DNA of 64,000 bases from Octopus vulgaris (taxonomy: Eukaryota): NCBI GenBank assembly GCA_951406725.2, contig OX597816.1:103850001-103914000 (forward strand). The letters are read 5' to 3'. The notes beneath the pieces were generated by a model that saw nothing but the letters and a program-made list of their open reading frames with translations, made no database searches and was not told the origin of the DNA. Made by a program: the position numbers and the translations under genes. Positions 1-13,551 of the stretch are shown in pieces (position 1 is the stretch's first letter; each line of letters starts with the position of its first letter).

Positions 1-1022
1 TGCCAATACAGTCTGGCAAAATCCTGGAACCATAGATATAGCATTGTGTTGCTATGATCTATGGCCAGAACAAACAGATTAACCAGTGCTTTTAAATCAG
101 CATGCTTGATTGAATGATAAATATATATGCAGCATCCAAATGAACATTAGGGTTACAGATGGCCAATACAGAATTGCACGTTTATATATTTCTCTTGTGT
201 GGAAGCCATTTTTGTTTTCTTGTGAGATGCCATCAAAATATTTTTTTTTTGCAATGACAATATTCATGTAGACATGAATATTACCAACCCACTCTGCCAT
301 TCCAATCATCTGTTAGTGTGTGTTCATATAGGTGAATGTGAGTGTTTGTATTGCATGTTTGTGTCAGTACATGCTTCAAATTTCAAGCCCAGTACAAGGC
401 TTGGTTGGTTAGTCTTGTGTAGTTTTCAGAATCCAATTGTTTTTTTTTTTTTGGGGGGGGGGGGTATAAAATAGAATAAAACTGCAACATATTGATAAAT
501 ACATAATATTTGATAAACCACATTTAAATCACTTTAGACTCACTCTTGAGTAAATGAGCTAAGAACACTTTTTGTTTACTGACACAGGTTAATTTAGTAA
601 GAAAACTATTCTGCTTAGGAGAAACATTGATCCACAATAATGCATGATGGCAGAGTATTTAAAAATCAAGAATACAATCTTGAATATGAGAGTTTCAAAA
701 TCTTTTTTTCCTGAGTTGCTTTAAGGCATGATTATTTTTGTACATGCTACAGCATAATTCACTATCAGATATCACCAATTTATAATAAGGCTGTTGGTGT
801 TTAGGATAACATTCAGTCATGAAAGTTCTGTTCCCAAAACTCATGCAAACAATCTAATTTGTAGATTCAACCAAATCAATTAAAAAGGAAAAGTTTCAAT
901 GATAAAAACCAATAAAGCAAAAGAAGAAGAATTATTAGGTGCCAATGAATTGATATATCACAGTATTTATTTGTGTTATTTATGTATGACATGCTAGTAA
1001 TTTCTGAAAACCTTTCTTTCAG

Positions 1023-1164
1023 CTGTCTATTTATGCAAAAGAACCATGCAAAACAAACAGCGTTTGGAGCTTGCAGATTATGAAGCTGAGAATTTAGCGC
1101 GACTCCAGAAAATGTTTTCTCGTAAATGGGAATTTATTTTTATGCAAGCAGAAGCACAAGCTAA
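1023..1164 (+). CDS. RGS7: RGS7/RGS6-like (R7 family) internal exon, post-DEP/DHEX region
   Basis: ctttctttcAG acceptor, GTATGT donor; translates (A)[46 protein letters not shown](K), nearly identical to RGS7/RGS6; phase 1 in, phase 2 out. Confidence 0.96.
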
Positions 1165-3283
1165 GTATGTGAATTAAATTTTTTTAGTATTAAAAATGAT
1201 TTATATTATAACAGTGAAACCCAACAAATTAGTTGAATTTTCACTGATAAAACTCTTGTCAATTTCAAAGGTTAAATATTTCTAAGTATTGTAATTTCAA
1301 AGGAACAACTTCAAAAGGGAAGGAATAATACAATAGAACCAATTTTCTTATGTCTATTTAATAGTTCATTGACATTCTTCAATAATAAATGCCTACTGGT
1401 ATGTCTAATTGTTAGGCAGGTGGGGGACTAAAAATCAATGCAATTTAAACTAACCCTGTTTGAGGAATTGTATATACATGTGTGTAGTTTGCATGCACAT
1501 GGATACATATGAATGAATATTGTGTGTGTGTGTGTGTGTGCTCATCAGCATTGTTTAAACATTTTCTTTTTTCATGTGTGTAAGAGTGAGATGAAATTTG
1601 TTGAGGCAGATTTTCTATGGCCATATGCTATTTCCCTTTGCGAATCATCCTCTGTTTCCAAACATAGAAGTATTCCCCCTAGTCTGGGCATATTTTCACA
1701 GAAGATTGCAAAACACACACACATACTCTCTCTATCTCTCTCTATGATGTGCTTTTTTCAGCTTCCATCCATCAGATTCACTCACAAGGCTTTGTTCAGC
1801 CTGGGGCTGTAGAAGATTACACATTCCCAGTGTTGTTCATGTGATATGACATCTGCACTATCCATATGGTTTATACATTACTAAGAGCTCTAGGTTCACT
1901 GTGGGAATCAGTAATAGCAAGCCTACTCTTTGTTTCATTATTCTCTTTCTGTTGACATTGGTGTTTGTCCTCTTGTATTTCTCTTGATAAGAGTATTTCT
2001 TCTCTTACTCTCTTCTTTCTGTCTGTTGTCTCTTTCTCTATCACCTTGTATCTCTTTTTTATAGGATCATTTCCTATCTCTCTCTCTTCTCCACTCATGT
2101 TACTTCTTATTCTCTTTCTTCTCTTCAATCCATCTCTCTCTTCTTTTGGTATAGTGTATCTTCTGGTGTCACCTTTCTTTGTAGCTGTCTCTCTCATCCC
2201 TGCCTTGTAGCTATTTCTCAGAGCCCCTCTCTCCTTTTCCACTTAACATTCCCCACCTTCTCTTAAGTGTTTCTGAAAATACTCTCTCTCTCTCTCTCTC
2301 CCACACACACACATACACATAACACTCGCATTCAATTTTCAATATATGCTCACTCTGTCAATATATTGTTCATGTCGGCTGTGTCAGACTGAGTGTGTAT
2401 GGCTCTTAAAGATAGACATCATTTGGCTATCATTTAAGTTTTACAAACTCCAAACTATAATCTTTATTGAATAACCATGTATTTTTTTTCTTCTATAAAT
2501 ATCCATTCCATGCAAGCAGGAAACTGGTAGAAGTGTTAAGCATCAAAAACTGCTTTGTTATGATTCTGTTGGCTCTTTACATTCTCAACTGAAATCCCAG
2601 AAAGGCCAACTTTGCCTTTCAGGGTTGAGAAAATAAAGTACCAGTTTAGTATTGGGGTTGATAGCATTCACTAAACCTTCCTGTAAAAATTTCTTCAATT
2701 TGAAACAGTGTTTCCACTACATACTGTAGATGTTCTGACCATCAGTCTATCTTTAGGTAGATCCAGTAGCTTATGAGTTTCTCTATCAAGGGTTTCTAGT
2801 CCCTTACTCAAACCCTCTCTTTTTCTAGAAGAGACATTTTGAGTGGTACCAATGACCTTTCTCACTGTGCAAATATCACAGAGAGAAAGAGAGACAGACA
2901 GATAGTTAAAGAGGAAACTGATCAGAGCACACCTAACAATGATTTGAGTAGGGTGAATAGCAAAGCTGACCTTAGTGACATTTGGATTTGAATGCAAGGC
3001 ATTCTGGCATGCTTACAATTTTGCCAAATCAGTATGAGAGAGAGAGAGAGAGAGTGAGAAAGAGAGTGGGAGAGAGAGATAATATGAGACTGCGTGTGTG
3101 GTGAGTGTGTAAAATGTAATATTATCAATTAGATCTTATATTAAGATGGCAGTATATTACTCAACATTTTTACTATGGATCTACCAAAATATAAGTGAGC
3201 CAAAGAGGAATCCTCTGTGGTGTGTGTGTGTGCATTTGCTGGTGTTTGTCTCACCACCAACGCTTGACAACCAATGTTGGTGT

Positions 3284-3475
3284 TATAGTTCTATATTTAA
3301 GAGAAGAGGAATTATGTACATTATTTACATTATTTACATTTGACAGATATTTGTCCTCATTTTTTTTTGTTGTTAACACAACATTTCGGCTGATATACCC
3401 TCCAGCCTTCATCAGGTGAATTGGGGAAATATCGAACCTAGGTTCTCATTCCTAAGGTATTTTTCGATGTTGTTG

Positions 3476-3559
<84 letters not shown>

Positions 3560-3851
3560 TCACTGCTTGGAATCAAACTTGGAATTTTAGGGTTAGTAGC
3601 CCACACTCTTAACCACTATGCTGGGCATATGGCATAGTGGTTAAGACCATGGGCTACTAACCCCAAGATTTCAAATTCGATTCCAAGCAGTGACCTGAAT
3701 AATAATAACATCGAAAAATACCTTAGGAATGAGAACCCAGGTTCGAAATTTCCCCAAGACACCTGACGAAGGCTAGAGGGTGTATCAGCCGAAACTTTGG
3801 GTTAACAACAAACAGGGTGAGGACAAATATCTGTCAAATATAAATAATGTA
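3284..3851. mobile_element. Fold-back retroelement: two head-to-head arms, each tRNA-like head + (AAT)n + hammerhead-like tail
   Basis: Arms ~3316-3621 and ~3632-3851 are reverse complements; flanked by direct repeat CAATGTTGGTGT (3272-3283, 3852-3863); interrupts a SINE tail. Confidence 0.8.
3758..3803 (+). ncRNA. Minimal type I hammerhead-like motif (decayed); mirror copy on minus strand ~3376-3418
   Basis: GACAC-CTGACGA-a-GGCT..AGCC-GAAAC-ttt-gggtt; mirror arm reads CAC-CTGATGA-a-GGCTG..CAGCC-GAAA-t-GTT-GTG; the two arms imply GAAAC-GUU-GUGUU. Confidence 0.6.
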
Positions 3852-4105
3852 CAATGTTGGTGTGTTTACCATAACTTAGCAGTTCAGCATAAGAGACTAA
3901 CAGAATAAGTATTAGGCTTAAAAAAAAGTCCTGGGGACGATTTGTTCTACTAAAACCATCAAAACAGTACCTAAACATGGCCACCGTCAAATGACTGAAA
4001 CAAGTAAAAGATAAAAGATTGTATATATGATATTCCTTTTTCATAGAAGCAACTATTTTTCTGCACTGCATTTTAATACAATTATTATAAAATGTTATTC
4101 TTATA

Positions 4106-5389
4106 CTGAGTCATCCCATAAATAATGTGTTTTTTTCAATTGCATGAACTAAAAGTCGGAGGAGTACGGGATAAACTACCTGCATCAACTTGCCATAAAA
4201 GTAGTTAGTAATTTTATCTTGTACTTATTCTTAGTGCAAGTTTTGAAGAGTGCAGTTTGATTTTTAACAGTTATTTTTTCAAAGCTGTAATGGAAGAGAC
4301 AAAGAAGCATATTTGGCATATTTTGCCTTGTGAGTTCAATAAAGGCAACAATGCATCAGAAAGTGTGAGAAATATTAATGCAGTATATTGGGATCAGATA
4401 ATAAGTGTAAGCCAGTGTCAATGGTGGTTCCAGAAATTCTGAGCTGGAAACTACAGCCTAGAAGATGAGCCTCATCCTGGAAGATCTGTAGAGCTCAACA
4501 AGGACGTCCTGTAAATCCTGGTGGAACAAAATCCCATTGTATCTATTGAGGAACTAGCAGAGAAGCTTGAATTTGGTCATTCAACCTTTCATTGCCACCT
4601 GCGTATCATCAGAAAAGTCAGCAAATTGGGTCAATGGGTTCCTCACAAACTTTCCATGTCTAATCGTGTGCAGAGAGTGAATGTGCATTCTTCTTTGCTG
4701 TCAAGTTTCACAAGTGAACCTTTTTGGGACCAAATAGTGACTGGTGACAAGAAATGGGTTCTCTATAAAAGTGTCAAGCTTCGAAGACATTGGAGAGGTA
4801 AAGGGGAAACACCGGCACCCCAAGCTAAAGAAGGTCTTCGCCCATATAAGGTGTTGTTATCTATTTGATGGGATATGAGAGATTTAGTCCACTTTGAACC
4901 TTTAAACCCAAACGAAATGATAAAAAAGATCTACTGGAAGCACATTGAGTGGCTTAAGTCAGCACTAGAAGAAAAACGGCCATTTTTGGTTTCACGATGA
5001 AAGGTGTTCTTCCATCAGGATAATGCTTGGCCACATACAGCAAGGATGACATTCCAAAAGCTGGAGCAGTTTAAATGGGAGTGATGCCCCACCCACCATA
5101 TTTGCCGGATATTGCCCCACCTGATTATCATTTATTCCACAGTTTTCAAAATCATTTGGACAGAAAATGTATGAATTCTGTAGACGAGATCAGAACAATA
5201 CTGGAGTAGTGTTCATCATGGACAAGTGAATTTTGGAAGAGGGGTTTTATGCAAGTCTACCAGATGGATACAAGAGCATTGTAGAAAATGAAGGAGAGTA
5301 TATTTTAGATTAAAAAAGAACTTTGTTTATCTTGATTTTGAAAAATAAAATAAATATTAAAAAACTGCATTACTTATGGGATGATCCAA
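4106..5389 (+). mobile_element. Full-length mariner (DD34D) DNA transposon, inactive
   Basis: TIRs ctgagtcatcccataaataatg / cattacttatgggatgatccaa, TA on both sides, ~1.28 kb. Confidence 0.92.
4290..5313 (+). pseudogene. Mariner transposase pseudogene
   Basis: Motifs WVPHKL, IVTGDKKW, FHQDNAWPH, HPPYLPDIAPPDYHLF; several stops and frameshifts. Confidence 0.92.
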
Positions 5390-7969
5390 TACAAATACAA
5401 AACAATATAGGAGCCTTTATATGGTCACTTGTTTTGTTAAAAATAGCATCTTAAACACTCCTCAAATAACAGCCTAATATGTTAAATAATGCAGAGGGCA
5501 TACTGGATAATGGTAGTCCCTAATATACAAAAATGTCAGCTGCACTGTCTTCTAATCCTAGATCTAGCCTATCTAGGTTAAACAAGAAAAACAACATGCA
5601 ATATACAAAATATGTAAATAGAATGATATTGAACTACAAGTGAAATGTAGAAACTGTCTATAGCGATGTATTTTTATAAGAATTTTTGTGTTAAAAATAA
5701 ATTTCATTGAAAAACTAACTCCCTTAATGACTTCCTCATCCCCATTCTCATTCAATGCAAAACATTTTTTTCTTATTTTTTCGAACATTTTTTTTTTTTC
5801 ACTAAGCACTTTTTTTCTGCTGAATGTTTAATTGGAAATCCTATCCTCTAAACAATTGACATTTTCAAATGTACTTTTAAAAGGTTACGAGCAGTAACTT
5901 TTTTCTCAGGCTCTTGAAGAAACAAAAACAAGCTACAAATCAATTACTGCTTTAGACAGAACCCACATTAAGTAAGCTTAATGTGTTATGACTGTAGCAT
6001 TTCACGTGCTTATTCTATATATTCTTGTTTTATTTATATATATATATTTATAAGATACCAGTCTGATGTAATCTTTCTGGTGTGGTTCACATAATCAATC
6101 CATCAACAGTATAATGTTATTTAGAGTAAAGAAATAACCTCATTTTTAATGTAATTCTTTCACTGATTTCAGTCATTATATTGTAGCACGTGCAAGGGTC
6201 ATTGACTTCAAGTATTGTTGTCAATCTTACCAACTCACAACACTAAAGTACTCATTTCAATTTGGTATTTATTTCATGTTCCTATTTATCAAACTACTAA
6301 GGTACAAGTCATAGAGGTATATAATAGGTATAAACATTCACACAGGAACACCATACATATGAACTTTCTCTGTCATATATGACAGGCTTCTGTACAGTTT
6401 CCATCAGCTGAATATTGCTCACAAGGCATTGGTTGACTCAAAATTGTAGTTGATGAAATTGGCCATTGGCCTAAGGTACTGCACAATGAGATTGAATCCA
6501 GAACAACTTGTTTTATATCAATTTTCTTTCTTATCCATCAAAAATTAATTGAGTAAACTTGTAACCAACAAAAGCCTTCTAGACATGACTATCTTGTCTT
6601 GTCTTTTTTGTGAAGGCATGGTTGTGTGGTTAAGAAGTTTGCTTTACAATTGTATAATTTTCAAGTTCACTCCTACTGTACAGCATCTTGGCTAAGTGTC
6701 TTCTACAATAGACCAAAGGTGACCAATGCCTTGTGAGTGAACTGTATGGAAGCTCATCATATATTCTTTTATTCTTTTATATGTTTCAACCCAAAGACTG
6801 TGACCATGCTGGGGCACCACCAGTATAATCACCTTTTCAATGGCCATTATATGCAACTGGCTTTTGGTGAAGGAAGGAGTTTGACACTGCTGTCCTCCTT
6901 TGAATTTCCTGCCATGATGTAGATTCATCTTGGAATTTGGATAGCAGGAGGTCAAGCTGTTTTTTATATAAGAATAAATAAGGATAAACTCAGTTTTATT
7001 TTATTTCAAAGTTTCTACATGTGTTTCACCTTTAATGGTTGTTTGAAGTCCTACAATGAAAGTTCCAAGTGCATATAAATGCTTAATGACAATGGATCCT
7101 CAGGGAATGCTTTATTATATCAGGTTATGTGCATCTATAGGTATTTGAAACTTCCATCACAGGGCTCCAAGCTACAATATCGATCAAACACATGTAGGAA
7201 CTTTGAAATGAAATAAATCTGTGTTTATCGTTATTTTTCCTACTTTTGCTCTGTTGCTCATAACTGAAATAGCAACAGTACAGAAACCAGACTGGATTAT
7301 GAAAATCTACTTGCATCTCTAAACACAACACTTACACTTACACACTTGTGCACATAATTTCTACTATTTATATTCATATATATATATATATATCTAACTG
7401 CAGAGTGGTTGGTGTTAGGAAGGATATCCAACCATAAAAACCCTACCAAAACAGACAGAGTAGCCTGGGGTAGTCTTCTACCTGGCCAGCCTCAGTTAAT
7501 CTTCCTACCCACGCATGCATGGAAGACAGACGTTAAACGATGATGATGTTGATATATATTGATATATATATATATATATATAGAAAAAGATGAAAGATAA
7601 ATGATGACATGTTATTATTATGAATTAAAATAAAAGTACGAAGCTGGAAGAATCATTAACACACTGGGAAAACTGCTTAGCAGCATTTCATCCCACTTTA
7701 TGTTCTGTGTTCAAATTCCATCAAGGTTGTTTGCCTTTCATCCTTTCAGGGTCATTGAAATGAGAACCTGATGTAATCAACTTATTCCTTATCCTGAAAT
7801 CGTTGGCCTTATGCTAAAATTTGAAACCATTATTATGAATTAAATGTTTAAAGCACAGATGGTTGTTCTGTCATGGTTCCAAAAATTAAAATCTCCCAAG
7901 TGCTACAAATTTGGCTTTTAATTTACCATTTGTAAAAAAATAAAAAATTCTTAAAAAAATATTATTTCA

Positions 7970-8580
7970 GCTGTGTGGTAAGAAGTTTACTTCCCAACCA
8001 CTTAGTTCTGGGTTCAGACCCACTGCATGGTACCTTGGGCAAGTGTCTTCTACTGTAGCATTGAGTTGATAAAAGCCTTGCAAATGAATTTAGTAGATGC
8101 AAACTGAAAGAAGCCCTTCATCTATACATGTGTTTGTGTATGTTCTGTGTTCAAATTCCATCAAGGTTGACTTTACCTTTCATCCTTTCAACATCATTAA
8201 AATGAGAACCTGATGTAATCAACTTATTTTTTATCCTGAAATTGTTGGCCTTGTGCTAAAATGTGAAACCATTTTTATGAATTAAATGTTTAAAGCACAG
8301 ATGGTTGTTCTGTCATGGTTATCAAAAGTTAAAATATCCCAAGTGTTTGTGTGTGTGCATGTGTTTGTGTCTTTTCTCCACCACTACTTGACAACTGGTG
8401 CTGGTGCGTTTACATCCCTGTAATTTAGTGATTCAGCAAAGGAGACCAATAGAATAAGTACAAGGCTTTAAAGAAAAAAGAAAAAAAAGTATAGGGTACA
8501 ATTCATGTAACAAAAATTCTTCAAGGTGGTGCACCAGCATGGCCACAGTTTAATGACTAAAACAAGTAAAGATAAGATAA
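7970..8580 (+). mobile_element. tRNA-derived SINE carrying a ~200 bp captured local duplication
   Basis: gctgtgtggtaagaag head, gggttcagaccc B-box-like, family tail; 8139-8345 duplicates 7699-7901. Confidence 0.7.
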
Positions 8581-9143
8581 AAATGATAATATAAATTCAT
8601 ATTTGTCCATTTTTTCTTTATGGCATTTTATTTTTTACATTGTTTTGTAATACTGTTGATATCCCTCTTTCTTTGGGAAATTATGTTAAAAAAAGAAGCA
8701 CATAAATAGCTATTCCAGCAATGATGCAATTCAATGACAAAAAACAGTAAAAGAATAAGACTATAGTTATCTGGATTTATTACTTCAGTTTGGCCACTTA
8801 ATTTATCAATTCATTCATTTTTTAATTTTTGTTTTAGGAAATATATTTCCATGATAGTTACACAATTTTTCCCTCTTTAGTGATTTGGTATAGGATGATT
8901 GAGATTGATAGCCAAGCATCAATCGTTTTATGAGAAGAATTCAAAATAATAAGATAGTAATTTTATTAGTTAAGAATTCTCAGCTTCCTTTTACCATATT
9001 TATTCTTTTGGATGCCAGTTTTTTCATCCTACTTACACCCTTTTATTGCAGAATATCTATAATGGAAATACATTTTGAAGAAAATCTAATATGCAATTTC
9101 TTTTAGAATTCTTAATTTTTTCTTTTTAATTCCCATATTTCAG

Positions 9144-9225
9144 GGTAGATAAAAAACGAGACAAATTAGAGAGAAAAGTGTTGGATAGTCAAGAACGAGC
9201 ATTCTGGGATGTACATAGACCTGTG
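9144..9225 (+). CDS. RGS7: RGS7-like exon (DHEX)
   Basis: catatttcAG / GTATGT; first base completes the AA|G Lys codon from the previous exon; [27 protein letters not shown]; phase 0 out. Confidence 0.96.
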
Positions 9226-12200
9226 GTATGTTTTTCATTTATTAATATTATTTCAAATAAATGTAAGAAATCGTTCATTATGAATGGTTATGTTTTACAC
9301 AGGTCTGAACAAAATTATTTTCTTTCAGGATTACTGTATTAAAAAATAGTTCTTGTTATCACTAAAGGATTCTGGAACATTAGTTTTTAGATATTTTGAA
9401 CTATTAAACATTTATGATATTTGCAAATCTTTACATGTGTTGCAAGATGGTGACATCAGAAGTGGCAAGAAGATGTTACAATTTATTTACATTGGTAGTA
9501 GCACCAATGTAAAAAGAAAATCATATGTACAAAATATTAATCAAATGTACAAACAGAGTTTTGATCTTATACAAGAGAAGACACAAAGAGAACAGTGCAG
9601 AATAAGAAAGAATGAGAAGTAATGACAACAAAAATAGCAATTTTTTAATATTGCAGAACAAAAGGAGTGACTTGATTTGAGCTAACTCAAGGAAAAAGTG
9701 ATGGAACAGGCAAAGTATATAAAAAAAGACAGGACTCTTTTGCATGACAAATTTATCCATGAAAGGGTAATAAGAAAGGTGACAAAGTCTTATATTTAAA
9801 AAAGACAAGAGAAAGCTTCGATGTGCCTTTAGAGAAAGAGTAAGAGGAGGCATTGGCCAATATGTGGTAGAAAATGTGCTCTATCAATCAGAGGGGCATA
9901 TGATAGGATGTGCCTGGTTTTTAAGCCTGAGAATGACATAAGGATACAGCTGCAGTTGGTTTCTTATATGCCTGCTCAGAGGTTGATCCCTCAGTACATG
10001 AAACACAGAAACACTTGAATCATAGCCAGAAATGTCAGCATAGATGTCAACTCTTATCAAAATCTTTGTGTAACAAATGGATATATGATGAACATAGAGA
10101 TGAGCCACAAAAATATGTGGTTAGATACTGTCTATATGAGTGTTCAAATTTTAATGACCAAATAAGATCACCAAGCCATCTCCTAAGTCTACCTTATTAA
10201 AAGAGAGAGGTAAGATGACGGCATGTGGTAATAAAAGCCACTTGATGACTTTCAACCCATGAGAAGCAGAAGGACCATAAATGGTAGCCAAGGTATCAGC
10301 AACAATGACGCTAGGCTCCATAAGTGAAGCCTGTTGCTCCTATTATTTCCATAGAACTACCTACCACAGTTCCGGTAATGTCCAGAGGGGAAGCAAAAAA
10401 AATTACCATGTCCTCATTACCAGCAACACCAGTGATCAATAATGACTGAAAAGTTTATGGATTTTCTCATCCCGTACAGGATTGGTCAGAGACAACAACT
10501 AGCAGTACCACACATGAAGTGATTGGAAGGAGGTAGAGCCTGGGGAAGGGTGGAAAAGTACATATAAAAGAAAAAGGGATATGAAAAGGAGGGAGCTCAG
10601 ATATATGGAAGGCAAGAAACAGAAGAGCTTATGAGGAGATTCCTTCCTCCAATGAGTGCCTGAACTTTATCTTACTCTAACTGGATTACTGCTGCCTATC
10701 TTACTTAATGCTAACCCTAACAGAAGAATAACTCAAATACTGTGCTGATTGAGAATTTGTGGGATGAATAACAGGATCTCTTCAATGACAAATGGTTGAT
10801 AAAGACTACATCAATGGTCATTCAACTGCTGAGAAATTATGTATTAGTGACGGGTGACTCTTCATGACTTGGCAAAGGATAAAATTGTCCTTGAGTAAAT
10901 TTGGAGAATCCATTATGTGGTCAGAGTCATGGGATGCTCTGTGTGGATGGGTTGCTCTTATTTGTATTTATTTATATTTGTACATGTTTTTGATTATTAT
11001 ATGTATAGACTCCTGTGGTTAGTAAATAAAAGTTTATTATTGTTGTTGCTGTTCCTGTTGTTGTTCTGTATTCACACAACAGTGAAGTTAGTGATCCTGC
11101 CAGTTTTATTCACTGAATATCAGTTTGCTACTTTTATCTTCAGATATTCAATTTCTATCTTAAGATTTTAGCTGCACCAAGTGGTCACGCTTTATGCAAT
11201 ATTACAAAGATATTTACATTGTAATTAGTGACCCTATTATGATAGGAATTACTCTTAATTTCCTGCAGTTTCAAAGCTTCTCCACCTTTAATTCTTGGTA
11301 TCTACCTATTTTCACATTGTCTTATTTCTTTACCCTGGCTTCAAGCAGGTTATTTCTATTAGCATACAGGTTCTAAAATTTTACTTTATTGTAACAGTAT
11401 CTGACCTTAAGTTTTCTAATCTCTTGTCGTTGTGGATTTTCATCATCATCATCTTCAGCAGCAGCAGAATTTAACATCCATTTTCCATGATGGCATGGGT
11501 TAAACTGTTTGGCAGGATCTGATGGACCAAAGGACTGCACTGTGCTCCACTGTCTGCTTTTGTATGGTTTCTGCAGTGTTGACCAAATAAATAGTTTATT
11601 AATTTGTGAAATGAGCTATAATTTCAGTCTGTTAGATTGAGCAATTACCATCTTAAAATTGTAACGGTACACTGTTTAATGCAATATTTAATACATCAGG
11701 CTAGAAAAAATGTCAGAATGGTTGCAGCTAGAACATGTCTTTACATTCAGACTTATTAAAAAACAACAACTTAGGTTCTTTGTTATTTTGACTTATTTAA
11801 CTTGTATTTATTTAATTACTTTTTGAAATATGGACAGCTAAACCAGACTTCTTTAAGATTCAAACTCAGAAGTGGTGTCAAAGAGATTAACAGTTATCAA
11901 TCTACTGTTCAATGTTTTTTTATTTCAATCTGAGGAAGAAGAGCAACAGCTATGATCTTTTATCAGGAATGTATCAGTGGCTATTTATTGATGACTTCTA
12001 TATATTTTTTAGACATTTGGGTCCCATTGAAGACACTCAAATTTATTTTGATATATAGAGAAAAGAAAATGATTTCTTTGCTAAACTTATGGCTTGAGAT
12101 CAGAACTGGAAGTTGTCATTACATTCTGCAATTTATACAATGGCTTCACTTCTTGTATCAGTGAAATGTAATCCTTAATGACAATCTGTTTGCTGCTATT

Positions 12201-12464
12201 ATATTCAGCTCTTAAAGTCATTTTAACATCAAGTGTAAAGTAGTTCTAAGAGATTCCAAATGCAGAACAAATGACAATATATTTCACTAATGGAACCTTT
12301 CGGCCAGTATCCTGGCATTCTACCAACTTGTGCTATGGCACTTGATATTGTCTTCTCAGACATGCTGAAGAATGAGTCTTAGTATAACTACAATCCTGAT
12401 GCAACACACTACTGTTATATGTAGTGTTAATATAGCATAGTATGTTAAGGCAGACTCATTTGAA

Positions 12465-12655
12465 CACTGGGCTAAATGCTTAGCAGCATTTTGTCTTTCC
12501 TTATGATCTAAATTCAAATTCTGCCAAGGTTGACTTTGCTTTTCATCTTTTCAGGGTTGATAAAATAAGTACCAGTTGAACACTGGGGTTGATGTAATCG
12601 AATCACCCCTTCCACCTAAATTGCTGGCCTTGTGCCAAAATTTGGAAAGAATATT
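12465..12655 (+). mobile_element. SINE, second family (CORE-like domain)
   Basis: ttcaaattctgccaaggttgactttgcttttcatcttttcagggttgataaaataagtacc; related copies at ~2560, 7700, 27905, 29165(-), 30060(-). Confidence 0.7.
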
Positions 12656-13476
12656 GCATAGTGTGTTGACTGGTGTTATCAGGTCAATCTTGGTTAAGTA
12701 GACCTATGACCAAAGATGTTCCATTCATGATCATCCCATCTTTTTAGAGCATGTTATATTACATTATACAATGTGCCTTTTTCCCAAGAAGGTAAGGTTT
12801 GATTTCATGGAGATTTAGCTGCTGTTTCTAATAAATTTGGCAGCCAAATATATCTCCCATGTTAGTATAACAGTTGTTATTTACCTCTTAGCTCAGCTCT
12901 GATTAAGTAAACCATTGATCAAAGATGTTTAAGCTGTAACCATTCTGTATATTTCTTCAGACAGTAGTTTTAGAATTAACATTTCTTACAGGTTGAATGA
13001 TCATGTAGAGAATTTCTTGTTGATTAGTATTTTAGCATGGTATTTTGTCAGAACACAGCAATGAAGCAGAAGGTTGCCAATGTGATTCTTCATAGCAGTA
13101 GATTTGAATATATTTGTATGGTTCTCATAAGAATTAAAATCTGCCCTGCCTCAGTTTTATATTATATAACCAAATAAAACATGAATATGACTAAGTTTGC
13201 TTTAACAAAACATAAATTCTGTACTTCAAGTAATGAGTCATAGAATCAATATTTTCTTCTGATATAATCTATGTTTGAATGCTGCTGGGAGAGTTGAATG
13301 ACTTATATTGACTCCTTATCCATTACTCATTTCTCATTTACTCAACTTTTCTAGATTAAAATATTTTCTCTCTCTTTATATGAATATCACATTTTTAAAT
13401 AATTGCTTCATAGATGCAAATTTACTTGTTTGTTTCAATATGATCCTTACTGTTCTTCTGCCTTTTTGTTTTGTAG

Positions 13477-13551
13477 CCTGGTTGTGTAAATACTACTGAA
13501 GTAGATATCAAAAAGGCATGTCGAATGAACAGACATTCAAAAATGACAAGG
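13477..13551 (+). CDS. RGS7: RGS7-like exon (end of DHEX)
   Basis: tttgttttgtAG / GTAAGT; 75 nt, phase 0-0; PGCVNTTEVDIKKACRMNRHSKMTR continues the RGS7 motif HRPVPGCVNTTEVDIKK. Confidence 0.95.

Larger units (their letters stand above)
3217..4020 (+). mobile_element. SINE 3' portion split by the 3284-3851 insertion
   Basis: cgcttgacaaccaatgttggtgt ... aacttagcagttcagc ... aatgactgaaacaagtaaaaga; same sequence recurs at 24650-24850, 41040-41280, 53350-53570. Confidence 0.75.

Noticed and set aside
3623-3697. Functional tRNA gene
   Set aside because: Acceptor and T stems are mispaired and it is embedded in a repeat; treated as a tRNA-derived head.
9660-10900. Possible LTR or decayed retroelement
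   Set aside because: No termini, TSD or protein motif could be identified by eye.
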